Positions 1 to 8,225 of a stretch of DNA of 38,152 bases are shown piece after piece (within the stretch, counting starts at the first letter, position 1; the number at the start of each line of letters is the position of its first letter). The position numbers and the translations under genes are program-made. The DNA is taken from positions 1 through 38,152 of the IMG/VR virus record IMGVR_UViG_3300033420_000015; one strand, 5' to 3'. Source of the stretch: a virus. Taxonomy: Duplodnaviria > Caudoviricetes. The notes below the pieces were generated by a model. That model saw only the letters and a list, made by a program, of their open reading frames with translations, was not told the DNA's origin and did no database searches.

Positions 1-127
1 AAGGAGCAGGAAGAGAAGTGTTTACAGATTAAGTTGGCTATATTGCACAATTTAAGTATGTTATTTGCATTCGCTGGAGATTTAATGAGTTGCAATAATA
101 TCAGGAAGTTTCTAGACAAGAATTTCC
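1..127. repeat. Terminal direct repeat (copy 1), identical to 38026-38152; probable assembly circular overlap
   Basis: Exact 127-bp match between the two ends, and an ORF runs through the junction. Confidence 0.95.
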
Positions 128-206
128 ATTGGTTTTTGAATTGGAAGAAAGCGGCTTATTTAACGAAGTATTATACTGTTTTTAATATAAATCATGAGTG
201 TTAATT

Positions 207-677
207 ATGGGAAATGTAAAATATGTTTTGCCTAAGGATATATGGATTGAGATAGGAGAGCAAGAATTCCTGAAGATAGATAATGGATTTTGCTGGGATG
301 GTTGCACGTTTGTTATTGACCTGTGTTCTGCTGCAAGCTGCGTTCACGATTGGTTACACTCTGCAAAAAAAGAAGGAACGTACACAGTAATGAAGTATGG
401 CATATGCTCTCAGGTTAATGTTACTCGTTTGCAGGCAGATAGATTATATAAAAAGTTCTTAAATAAGCATTATCCTCTCCTGAGTAGAACTAGATTCATC
501 GGATTGCGTTTAATAGGATGGATTTTTTGGAAGAAGAATCAGCCGTACTTTTTGGATGTTAATCAGATGTTGGACTTGAAGTTAAAGACTTGCGAACATG
601 GAATTCAAGTTTTAATAAAGCCTGATTCTAAAGTGGATGGTTATTGGTTTGAGTCGTTTACATACTATAAGATATAA
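207..677 (+). CDS. DUF1353-like protein (WDG...HDWL motif), possibly lysis-associated
   Basis: GFCWDG, AASCVHDWLH and RLQADRLY resemble DUF1353. ATG 207 follows the stop of the junction-spanning ORF at 204; the track start is GTG 198. Confidence 0.6.
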   Translation: MGNVKYVLPKDIWIEIGEQEFLKIDNGFCWDGCTFVIDLCSAASCVHDWLHSAKKEGTYTVMKYGICSQVNVTRLQADRLYKKFLNKHYPLLSRTRFIGLRLIGWIFWKKNQPYFLDVNQMLDLKLKTCEHGIQVLIKPDSKVDGYWFESFTYYKI

Positions 678-688
678 GGAGAAAAACT

Positions 689-1069
689 ATGAAGAAGATT
701 ATTATTGGTGCAGTATTGGTAAGTTGCGTTCTATTAAATGGTTGCGTTAGCGGATATGTTAATTCTGTTACAAAATCAAATATGAGTGCTACTAGAGGCG
801 GCGAAGAAGTAAGTACATGGGACGCTGTAAAAGAAGCTCCATTATCTCATGCGGGTGCTGTTTTAGCTGATATTGGAATTATTTATGGTGGAGCTGAAGG
901 AGTTAGGTGGATATCGGAGAAGAACGAAGAACCTAAAAATGTTAGAGAGAGTGAACAAACTGCTGGTAGAGATAACGTTAGTGTTGAGATAAATGGCGAT
1001 TATAATACAGTTGAAGTAAGTGGCGATAGTACGGTTACAACAACGCCTGCTCCAGTTGTATCGGAGTAA
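689..1069 (+). CDS. Predicted lipoprotein
   Basis: MKKIIIGAVLVSCVLLNG-C signal peptide and lipobox; AAGGAG RBS. Confidence 0.7.
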   Translation: MKKIIIGAVLVSCVLLNGCVSGYVNSVTKSNMSATRGGEEVSTWDAVKEAPLSHAGAVLADIGIIYGGAEGVRWISEKNEEPKNVRESEQTAGRDNVSVEINGDYNTVEVSGDSTVTTTPAPVVSE

Positions 1070-1071
1070 TA

Positions 1072-1371
1072 ATGAACAAAGTATCTCTATACCGCTTTAC
1101 GAGTAGATTGTATAGTGAACTACGTAAGCCAGAACGTAATATAATTCTAAAGAAATTACGTGGATTATGTGGTTTATATGATTATGGAAGTGAAGATATA
1201 ACATTGGATTATCGAAGAGAGCTTGTGCCTTCATTAATACATGAGATACTTCATCATTTTAATCCTGATAAATGTGAGTCATGGGTTTTAAGTGAAGAAA
1301 AGAAAATAATGAATGCTTTATCAGTTAGGCAAATCAAAAATATAATCAAGGCATTTGGTGAATCGTTGTAA
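1072..1371 (+). CDS. Small HEXXH (zincin/ImmA-IrrE-like) protein
   Basis: GLYD...ITLD...SLIHEILHH motif. Confidence 0.55.
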   Translation: MNKVSLYRFTSRLYSELRKPERNIILKKLRGLCGLYDYGSEDITLDYRRELVPSLIHEILHHFNPDKCESWVLSEEKKIMNALSVRQIKNIIKAFGESL

Positions 1372-1539
1372 TTACTTTATTCTTTGCTTGATGTAATTAG
1401 CTATACGTTCTCTTTTAATGCACAAATACTTCTTACTAAGTTTATCAATATACATATCAATTTCGCTTAATAGCACTTTTGTATCATTATCAAATACTTC
1501 TCTTATATGATTTTTCCTATCTTCTGTTAATTTCATCAT
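1372..1539 (-). CDS. Small hypothetical protein (55 aa, not in ORF track)
   Basis: Translated by hand as MMKLTEDRKNHIREVFD...KQRIK*, preceded by AGGAG. Confidence 0.55.
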   Translation of the reverse strand: MMKLTEDRKNHIREVFDNDTKVLLSEIDMYIDKLSKKYLCIKRERIANYIKQRIK

Positions 1540-1577
1540 ACTCCTATGCGACGCTACTTGAAGCTAGCATCGTCTTT

Positions 1578-1844
1578 TTACCAACTTAATTCTTTTGCCT
1601 TCAACGTTTCATTTACACATATTACTTTAGTTTTACCACTTCTAATCTTCCTTTGCAATCTCTCAATACTCTTATCACATACATGAGCGGAGATTACTTT
1701 CATAACCTCTAATCTTATAGTATCTGAATTAATGTTCTTATGGTTGATATATAATTGTTTTGCCATATTGCGATACATACAAAGTATATCTTCTCTAAGC
1801 GATTTAAGAGCTATCCTACGTTGTTTTAATTGGGTTACATTCAT
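1578..1844 (-). CDS. Hypothetical protein
   Basis: 88-aa ORF with AAGGAG RBS. Confidence 0.65.
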   Translation of the reverse strand: MNVTQLKQRRIALKSLREDILCMYRNMAKQLYINHKNINSDTIRLEVMKVISAHVCDKSIERLQRKIRSGKTKVICVNETLKAKELSW

Positions 1845-1845
1845 A

Positions 1846-2022
1846 TTAGCTCCTTATGTTTTTGATTGTTATAATTGTGTTATCTTGTAATGCTTTTTGG
1901 AATTCAGTTATATCTGTTTTCTTTTTGCAATCTAATATAAACTCTTTCTTCTTCCATATAGGCGAACCATCATATGCTTTAAAATTAGTTACTCTTGAAC
2001 GTGACCCTTTGCCTTGACTCAT
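1846..2022 (-). CDS. Small hypothetical protein (58 aa, not in ORF track)
   Basis: Translated by hand as MSQGKGSRSRVTNFKAYDGSPIW...; AAGGAG upstream; fills the gap between neighbouring genes. Confidence 0.55.
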   Translation of the reverse strand: MSQGKGSRSRVTNFKAYDGSPIWKKKEFILDCKKKTDITEFQKALQDNTIITIKNIRS

Positions 2023-2045
2023 AATCCACTCTCCTTTTGTTTTAG

Positions 2046-2210
2046 TTAGTGGACACCCTTATTCCCTAGTCCTAACGCTTTTTGCTTTTTTAATATATCT
2101 GATAATATTTTATTCTTTAATTCATCAATCTCGATTTCTATAGCTCTAATTTGTTCTTCTGTATAACCTTCTTTTCTCATTTTTTCGATGTGGCTTAATC
2201 TTGTATTCAT
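2046..2210 (-). CDS. Small hypothetical protein (54 aa, not in ORF track)
   Basis: Translated by hand as MNTRLSHIEKMRKEGYTEEQIRAIE...; lies just downstream of a leftward promoter. Confidence 0.5.
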   Translation of the reverse strand: MNTRLSHIEKMRKEGYTEEQIRAIEIEIDELKNKILSDILKKQKALGLGNKGVH

Positions 2211-2267
2211 AATCTACTCTCTTTCTTTTGTTCGTTGTTTATGTATCCGTTCTCAATCGTTGGTAAT

Positions 2268-2295
2268 ATCATAACATATTTTTCATAAATTGCAA
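2268..2295 (-). promoter_or_regulatory. Leftward sigma70-type promoter
   Basis: TTGCAA-N16-TATGAT with extended TG on the minus strand. Confidence 0.45.
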
Positions 2296-2366
2296 GCATT
2301 ATTTAAAACATTATTACGCAACCTAATATAATGCCAATCAATATACCTGTTAAAAGCGTTATCATG

Positions 2367-2549
2367 TTAAAAAATTAATCCTCTAATATAATCCGCCATA
2401 GTAATTCCTTGTTCTTCTGCCAACATTTTTACTCTATCGTGTTCTTTTGTTGACATCATTATCCCAAACATATGAGGACGCTTCTGACTCTCCTTCAATT
2501 TTGGACGACCTGCTTTCTTTTTCTCTTTCATAATCATAGTATACTCCAT
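2367..2549 (-). CDS. Ribbon-helix-helix (CopG/Arc-like) DNA-binding regulator
   Basis: AGRPK followed by a beta strand and VKMLAEEQGITMADYIR; the true start may be ATG 2531. Confidence 0.65.
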   Translation of the reverse strand: MEYTMIMKEKKKAGRPKLKESQKRPHMFGIMMSTKEHDRVKMLAEEQGITMADYIRGLIF

Positions 2550-2566
2550 TCTTTTTTAAAAATCAA
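2538..2566 (-). promoter_or_regulatory. Leftward sigma70-type promoter
   Basis: TTGATT-N17-TATACT on the minus strand. Confidence 0.45.
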
Positions 2567-2583
2567 TAAATATTTTTTAAAAG

Positions 2584-2970
2584 TTAATTATTCATATATG
2601 CGTTAAGATACATTTTAAGAGATTCTTCGCATATGTTACCAAGTATAATATCTTCAAATCCATTCATGTAGCCAACAGAATTCTTGCTTATATGACCGCA
2701 TACGCATTGTTTCTGAAAACCTATATATGTAATAGGATTTGTATTTAAAACGCAATATAGCCGTTCTTCTGTTATTTTTGTGCGTTGCTTTAAGAGTTCG
2801 CATACTACTTCTCCCCACTGACGGCTTGCAATTCTCTTCTCGCCGTAACTTGTACCTAATTTATCACGACGCAATTGATTGAAATATTCTATGCTTGATT
2901 CTATATCTGCTTCCAATTCCTTCTGATAATGCCGTTCAATCATTTCTATATTCACCGGTTTTCCTTTCAA
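2584..2970 (-). CDS. Hypothetical protein
   Basis: 128-aa ORF with a CxCGH motif; start uncertain. Confidence 0.55.
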   Translation of the reverse strand: MKGKPVNIEMIERHYQKELEADIESSIEYFNQLRRDKLGTSYGEKRIASRQWGEVVCELLKQRTKITEERLYCVLNTNPITYIGFQKQCVCGHISKNSVGYMNGFEDIILGNICEESLKMYLNAYMNN

Positions 2971-2992
2971 TAGTAATTTTTACTTTTGCAAT

Positions 2993-3021
2993 ACTATAAC
3001 GGTTCTTTGCATGTAAATCAA
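2993..3021 (-). promoter_or_regulatory. Leftward sigma70-type promoter
   Basis: TTGATT-N17-TATAGT, same -35 as the site at 2538-2566. Confidence 0.45.
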
Positions 3022-3083
3022 GAAAAATAAAATAGTGAAAAATAAAAAGAGGAGAATGGATTGGTTTTGTAGTATAATATGAC

Positions 3084-3176
3084 AAGCAGAGATTATTCGG
3101 AAGTCATGAGCCGAAGACAGCCTCTTGTTCGTTCAGGTTTCTCTGCTTCTTTTTAACAAGAACGATAAAGGAACGA
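3084..3176 (+). ncRNA. Candidate structured cis-regulatory leader RNA of the replication gene
   Basis: P1 AAGCAGAGA/TCTCTGCTT, P2 TTCGG/CCGAA, P3 AGCCT/AGGTT; begins about 6 nt after TATAAT at 3073-3078. Confidence 0.45.
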
Positions 3177-3179
3177 CAC

Positions 3180-4802
3180 ATGAATAAAAGATTTAGTTTT
3201 GATTATGAAGAAGAGAATAAAGTGCAATGGATGCAACAAACACTGGAATTCTTATACGATATAGGCTACCAAAATATAAAGAACAAGCCTAAAACAGATA
3301 ATAAGCAACACTCTGATATAGTTACCATAAAGTATAACTACAAGCATTACAAGCAGTTTACAATGCCATATAGAGATGATGATGGGAAATTCATTATCAA
3401 CGAACGCTCAATGCCTAAATTACATGAGATATATTACATTGCATCTTCTTATTGCGATAATGTTTATATACCACTCAATAAAAGATACAGAGGTAAATTC
3501 GTTGATAGTAAAACCATGATACCTAACATAGATTATATTTGCTTAGAATGTGATAACGCTACATTCAAAGAACAATTAACACTTCTTAATATATTCAAGC
3601 CTTATATTAAAACAGCTATATATTCTGGTTCTAAATCTATTCACATTTGGCTTAAAACAGATATACCTACATTCAATTCACCTTCTAAAGAGATTGCTAA
3701 TAATCCTGAAGATTGGCAAAAACTATATGAATACATTGAAGATAAAGTTATTGAATCTATCGGCGTTCAAGAAGATAACTCACCTAAATATGATAAAAAG
3801 GTATTACATGATTATGCCACTTGGATTAGATTACCATTCTGTACTCGTAAAAACAATTCAAATACTCGTATAATTTATCACGATTCTATACCTGATTCTT
3901 TATCTATTACAGATATATTCAGTTATGAAGAAGATTTTAACGATTTAGAAGAGAATGATTCGGTAGAAAAGCATGATTCTTCTTCCCAATCCTATACAGA
4001 TATAACTAATGATGTGACTTTTGATAACTTAGAGCACGATTTAGAACAAGAATACAAACACTCTCACCTTAAAACAATACCTAACTTCTTTGATAATATT
4101 ACAAGATACCTGAAGTATATAAATTCAGGATTGCCTTCTAAAGGATTAAGAATTAGTATGTATGCAGATGTTATAATTGCCAATAGAATCCTAACTGGTT
4201 TTGATTACCATAAATTACCAAAAAAAGCAGAGCAAAAGCATGATATATCCTCTCTCTCTTATACAGTTATAACTAATGATGTGACTTTTGTAGATTTCAG
4301 GAGTAAATGTTTAGAAGACGTTACTAAAATTATAGAACTGTCAGAAGGTAGATATAATTGCACTTTTGAATATGCCATAAATGATTTCAATAACTACTTC
4401 TCTAAAACAAAACTACTAAAGTTACCTATAAGAATGCCAAATGTTACCTCTATTAACTCTACATATGAATTAAAATCAGTACAAGAGGCTTTAAATCGCT
4501 TAGAAGTATTAGAGAACAAGAATATAGCTAAATTACTTATCAATCTATTTATAGGCAACGTGAAGAATTTACCAGCTCAATGTATGAATGGTACTTTAGG
4601 TTTACACATGAACAACGATATACGTTCAAATATCAATATGAAGCGAACTAAACAAGTAATGGAGTCGCTCAAGAACAACAACATACTTATTAAAACACAA
4701 GATTATGTATTGCAATCAAAAACTAATAAATATTGGCTAAATGTGCCTTTTGTTTTATGGCTAACTACAAAACCAGAATCATTGAACTGGAGTAAAAAAT
4801 AG
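3180..4802 (+). CDS. Replication protein with N-terminal AEP/RepB-like primase domain
   Basis: ICLECD, YSGSKSIHIW and IRLP motifs of archaeo-eukaryotic primase-type Rep proteins; wHTH-like C-terminus. Confidence 0.65.
   Translation: MNKRFSFDYEEENKVQWMQQTLEFLYDIGYQNIKNKPKTDNKQHSDIVTIKYNYKHYKQFTMPYRDDDGKFIINERSMPKLHEIYYIASSYCDNVYIPLNKRYRGKFVDSKTMIPNIDYICLECDNATFKEQLTLLNIFKPYIKTAIYSGSKSIHIWLKTDIPTFNSPSKEIANNPEDWQKLYEYIEDKVIESIGVQEDNSPKYDKKVLHDYATWIRLPFCTRKNNSNTRIIYHDSIPDSLSITDIFSYEEDFNDLEENDSVEKHDSSSQSYTDITNDVTFDNLEHDLEQEYKHSHLKTIPNFFDNITRYLKYINSGLPSKGLRISMYADVIIANRILTGFDYHKLPKKAEQKHDISSLSYTVITNDVTFVDFRSKCLEDVTKIIELSEGRYNCTFEYAINDFNNYFSKTKLLKLPIRMPNVTSINSTYELKSVQEALNRLEVLENKNIAKLLINLFIGNVKNLPAQCMNGTLGLHMNNDIRSNINMKRTKQVMESLKNNNILIKTQDYVLQSKTNKYWLNVPFVLWLTTKPESLNWSKK
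3967..4290 (+). repeat. Two 57-bp imperfect direct repeats (3967-4023, 4234-4290) inside the rep gene
   Basis: Identical 23-bp core TATAACTAATGATGTGACTTTTG at 4001 and 4268. Confidence 0.85.
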
Positions 4803-4844
4803 AATATATAGAACTCCGTGTCATTAATGGTGTAACCTTTTACA

Positions 4845-4889
4845 AATCAACCAACTCCTAATATCTCAATTTATAGGAGTTGGTTGATT
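4845..4889. repeat. Perfect 16-bp inverted repeat (hairpin, terminator or origin element)
   Basis: AATCAACCAACTCCTA-N13-TAGGAGTTGGTTGATT; no U-tract follows. Confidence 0.8.
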
Positions 4890-4973
4890 CACATTATTAA
4901 TAAATCGTTCAATATTCCTAAACTGTAATAATTCTATGTACACGAATATATCCATGTACACCACAAATAATTA

Positions 4974-5003
4974 TTGACATTTCACTCGCTCTTGTAGTAT
5001 AAT
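4974..5003 (+). promoter_or_regulatory. Strong sigma70-type promoter for the sigma factor gene
   Basis: TTGACA-N18-TATAAT; shares TTGTAGTATAATAT with the site at 3067. Confidence 0.65.
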
Positions 5004-5025
5004 ATATTAAAGGAGCACTAAAACC

Positions 5026-5730
5026 ATGTCAAAATCAAAAGAACCAGTACTTGACCGTAAATTAGAAAACCAGCAAGTTCTTGAATATCAAAAAACTAAA
5101 TCAGAAGAACTATTAAACACAATAATTCAAAATAGATTACCAACACTTGAATACTTTGCCAATCTTAAATATCATGATGGAATTCGTATCTACGTTGGCG
5201 ATAAATCTGATTTAGCTTCAGCTCTTAAAGTTCCATTGATAAATGCTATAAATCAATTTAAACCAGATTTACGCGACTTTAATACATTGGTGTACACTTA
5301 CATAGAGAATTATATCCGAAACATCAATTCAGCAGTATTCGCCAAAAGAAGGAAGAATGAAGGTATATTCTCTTTGGACCAGACTGTAATAGAATCTCAA
5401 CACTCAACTATAACTTATGAAGATATGGTGGTTGCTAGAGATATAGATTACTCTTTTGACGATAAAGGATTGGATAAAATCGCCGATAGAATATTCAAAA
5501 TGGGAAACATAGACCAATTTAGAACTAAAGAAGAGATAAAGGGTTTGCTTTTAAAGATAATTATAGGTGGAGATAGAGAGACAAAAGAGGAGATATCTGT
5601 CAAAAATGCTATATGGAGATGGGTAAAACTAGCACAACCAAAACAAGTAGCTGAGTTTAGAGAGTTCGTTATTAAGCATACAGAGCGTCAACAATATATT
5701 CATACCAACAACGCAATACAACAATTTTAA
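5026..5730 (+). CDS. Phage RNA polymerase sigma factor, sigmaH-like
   Basis: Region 2-like LINAINQFKPD..FNTLVYTYIENYI; FSLDQ and SVKNAIWR resemble sigmaH SLDKP and SIDNALQR. Confidence 0.6.
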   Translation: MSKSKEPVLDRKLENQQVLEYQKTKSEELLNTIIQNRLPTLEYFANLKYHDGIRIYVGDKSDLASALKVPLINAINQFKPDLRDFNTLVYTYIENYIRNINSAVFAKRRKNEGIFSLDQTVIESQHSTITYEDMVVARDIDYSFDDKGLDKIADRIFKMGNIDQFRTKEEIKGLLLKIIIGGDRETKEEISVKNAIWRWVKLAQPKQVAEFREFVIKHTERQQYIHTNNAIQQF

Positions 5731-5785
5731 AAATAATTGAAAATAAATAAAGGAGAATCGGTGGAAAATACAGAACTAATAGTAC

Positions 5786-6286
5786 ATGAGCGAGAAAAAA
5801 GAGTTATGTGATTGGGATGATGATATAAAATGGAGCGAATTGTGCATGCCATATTGCATTGAATTACTCAATAAACATTCAAAAAAAGAGTTTAAAAGAA
5901 CTAAATTAGAACAAGATAAAAAAGGAAGCGACTTAACTAATGGAAAAGCTAATATAGATGTTAAAGCAAATAGACCAATTTACAATGATACAAATATAGT
6001 TATAGAGTGGGATAGAGGATGGTTGTTGAAGGAAGATAGCATATGTACGCATGTTATGTGGGTAAGCAATAACTCAATTATTTTATTGGATTTTAAAAAG
6101 TTAAAGGAATATTGCGTAAAAAAGAGAAGTAGATTACAGAGAGCTTTTAAATCTTACTGGAAAACAACTAAAAGAGATGGATATGAGTGGAGTGTTGAAT
6201 GTACGACGATACCTATGTGGATTGTAAAAGAGTGTATAATAAAGGAATGGTATTTTAATTGGAGTAAAATAAATAAAGGAATTTAA
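5786..6286 (+). CDS. PD-(D/E)XK-family nuclease-like protein
   Basis: QDKKGSDL...IDVK...NIVIE pattern. Confidence 0.55.
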   Translation: MSEKKELCDWDDDIKWSELCMPYCIELLNKHSKKEFKRTKLEQDKKGSDLTNGKANIDVKANRPIYNDTNIVIEWDRGWLLKEDSICTHVMWVSNNSIILLDFKKLKEYCVKKRSRLQRAFKSYWKTTKRDGYEWSVECTTIPMWIVKECIIKEWYFNWSKINKGI

Positions 6287-6370
6287 AACGTTTTGGAGAA
6301 TATAGTAAGTGTTGAGCGTAATTAGTTGATTGGGCTAGTTGGTAAAACAAAATAATAAGGAGAATGAATA

Positions 6371-6688
6371 ATGTGGAATAGAGGTAATACAAAACAAGAT
6401 TTAATTCAATTTCTTAATAAAATAGATAAATTATATAATTACAGCGATATTGGAGAAGAAATGCAAAAATATGATGTGGAAATTCTATTCCACAATGATT
6501 GCAACATAATTAGAACGGGATACATTTGTGAGATTTATATAGGCGAGAAATTTAATCCTTTAGAAGGTTATAGAATTTTTGATACAATGTGTGTTTTTGT
6601 AATTGATAAAAATAGCGATTTATCAAAAATTGAACAAGATATTGAAAATGCGGTGCGTAATGGCATTAAAAAACAGAAAGGAGAATAA
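6371..6688 (+). CDS. Hypothetical protein
   Basis: 105-aa ORF with AAGGAG RBS. Confidence 0.7.
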   Translation: MWNRGNTKQDLIQFLNKIDKLYNYSDIGEEMQKYDVEILFHNDCNIIRTGYICEIYIGEKFNPLEGYRIFDTMCVFVIDKNSDLSKIEQDIENAVRNGIKKQKGE

Positions 6689-6689
6689 A

Positions 6690-7019
6690 ATGTATTCAAA
6701 CGGCAGATATGGTGCGGTATTGGTTAATGGTAAATTGGTTTCAGCAATAAGTTACGAAATAGATTTGGAAATAAACGAATTAATTATTGCAACTTTTTCG
6801 GAAGCGGACTTTAATTTACATATTGGTGATAATGTAATACTTGAAAATAATGATAATGGTTTCAAGTGTGGCGTAACGGTTGAATCATATAGTGTCTGGA
6901 AAGTAGATTTTGCCACAAATTTAGATAAAGTGTTTTACACAATACGATTTAAATTAGAGTATATTAATATGCACATCTCAAATTATGCTAATGAACCGTT
7001 TACAATTAGTTATGTGTAA
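6690..7019 (+). CDS. Hypothetical protein with apparent similarity to this phage's tail tube protein
   Basis: Start reassigned to ATG 6690 after AAGGAG; aligns by eye with 29136-29477. Confidence 0.55.
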   Translation: MYSNGRYGAVLVNGKLVSAISYEIDLEINELIIATFSEADFNLHIGDNVILENNDNGFKCGVTVESYSVWKVDFATNLDKVFYTIRFKLEYINMHISNYANEPFTISYV

Positions 7020-7102
7020 ACAAAAAAACAAATAACTATAATAGAATGAAGAATGAATTGGCATACACTAAATAAGAATTTAGTGTTATATATTAGGTAA
7101 TT

Positions 7103-7432
7103 ATGACATATTTAGAATTTTTAAAAGAGTTTGAGATGAGAATGATTGTTTATTCGGTTGGAGCTAAAGAGCATAATTGGACTCCTAGAGGTAATAACGA
7201 TTGGGATATTTGCGGATTAGGAAGTGGAAACAACGGTAAGATAAATTCTAAAACTACTAAAAACGAACCATATAATATTAATCGGCGTATTAAAACATCT
7301 AACACTAAATTAATAGAAATATTTTCAAGCAATAAAATAAAAGATTATATAGATATGCAGCCAATTAGGACTAAATCTCTTAATACTCAATCACTTCAAA
7401 ACATTTTATGGATTTTATATACTAACAAATAA
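7103..7432 (+). CDS. Unknown paralog family, copy 1 (MTYLEFLKEF...QNILWILY)
   Basis: Clear homology to the ORFs at 7881, 8743 and 9069. Confidence 0.85.
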   Translation: MTYLEFLKEFEMRMIVYSVGAKEHNWTPRGNNDWDICGLGSGNNGKINSKTTKNEPYNINRRIKTSNTKLIEIFSSNKIKDYIDMQPIRTKSLNTQSLQNILWILYTNK

Positions 7433-7570
7433 CAAAAAAGGAGAAAAATGAATAAAGAAGAACATATTGTGTAAAATAATTATTGCTATAAAAGAGGATA
7501 AGTTATAATAAATAAAGAATCATATTACGTTGGCGAGAATAGAGAGTTAAAACAAAAAGGAGAGTGAAGA

Positions 7571-7873
7571 ATGAGTAAAATAGTTAAGATTGATGGCAAA
7601 GAATATGAAGTTAAAAGTTATAAGTATTTCAACACATTAATTCATGATGGAAGAGAAGTTGATGATAAAAGTTTATTTTATTGTGATTGTAAAGGAGTTA
7701 TGCCATTTGAACATGTATCTATTATATTCAAAGAAGATATTGAATTTGATGATAAAAAGCACAAAATTGAATTACCAAAAAATAATTGCAGTATAAAATT
7801 TGAAGCTAGTTTATATAATTGTGGCAATAGGTACTATGCTTTAAAAATTATTGGTGATACATACTTAGAGTAA
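7571..7873 (+). CDS. Hypothetical protein
   Basis: 100-aa ORF with AAGGAG RBS. Confidence 0.7.
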   Translation: MSKIVKIDGKEYEVKSYKYFNTLIHDGREVDDKSLFYCDCKGVMPFEHVSIIFKEDIEFDDKKHKIELPKNNCSIKFEASLYNCGNRYYALKIIGDTYLE

Positions 7874-7880
7874 CACAAAT

Positions 7881-8225
7881 ATGAGTTATTTAGAATTTTT
7901 AAAAGAGTTTGAGATTAGAAGCGTTCTTTTTATGCCTAATTATAAACGTAATGATTGGACTCCACGCAAAGATAATGAGTGGGACATTATGGCATTTGGA
8001 TATGGAAACTCTATATGTGGTTTAGTAAATGCCGTTACAAACAAAGGAAATCCACATTCTTGTAATTATAGGATTAAAACAAAAAACGATATAATTTTAA
8101 CAATACTAAAAGAAAATAAAATATCTGAATATGTTTATAGTCAGCCAATAAAAACATTTTGTATCAGCACTCAATCAATTCAAAATATTTTATGGATTCT
8201 ATATAACAATAAGGAGGAAGAATGA
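7881..8225 (+). CDS. Unknown paralog family, copy 2
   Basis: MSYLEFLKEF...TQSIQNILWILY; ATGA overlap with the next gene. Confidence 0.85.
   Translation: MSYLEFLKEFEIRSVLFMPNYKRNDWTPRKDNEWDIMAFGYGNSICGLVNAVTNKGNPHSCNYRIKTKNDIILTILKENKISEYVYSQPIKTFCISTQSIQNILWILYNNKEEE

Noticed and set aside
6603-6689. Track start of the 138-aa ORF at 6603
   Set aside because: It overlaps the upstream gene by 86 bp; ATG 6690 has an AAGGAG RBS and aligns with the tail tube N-terminus
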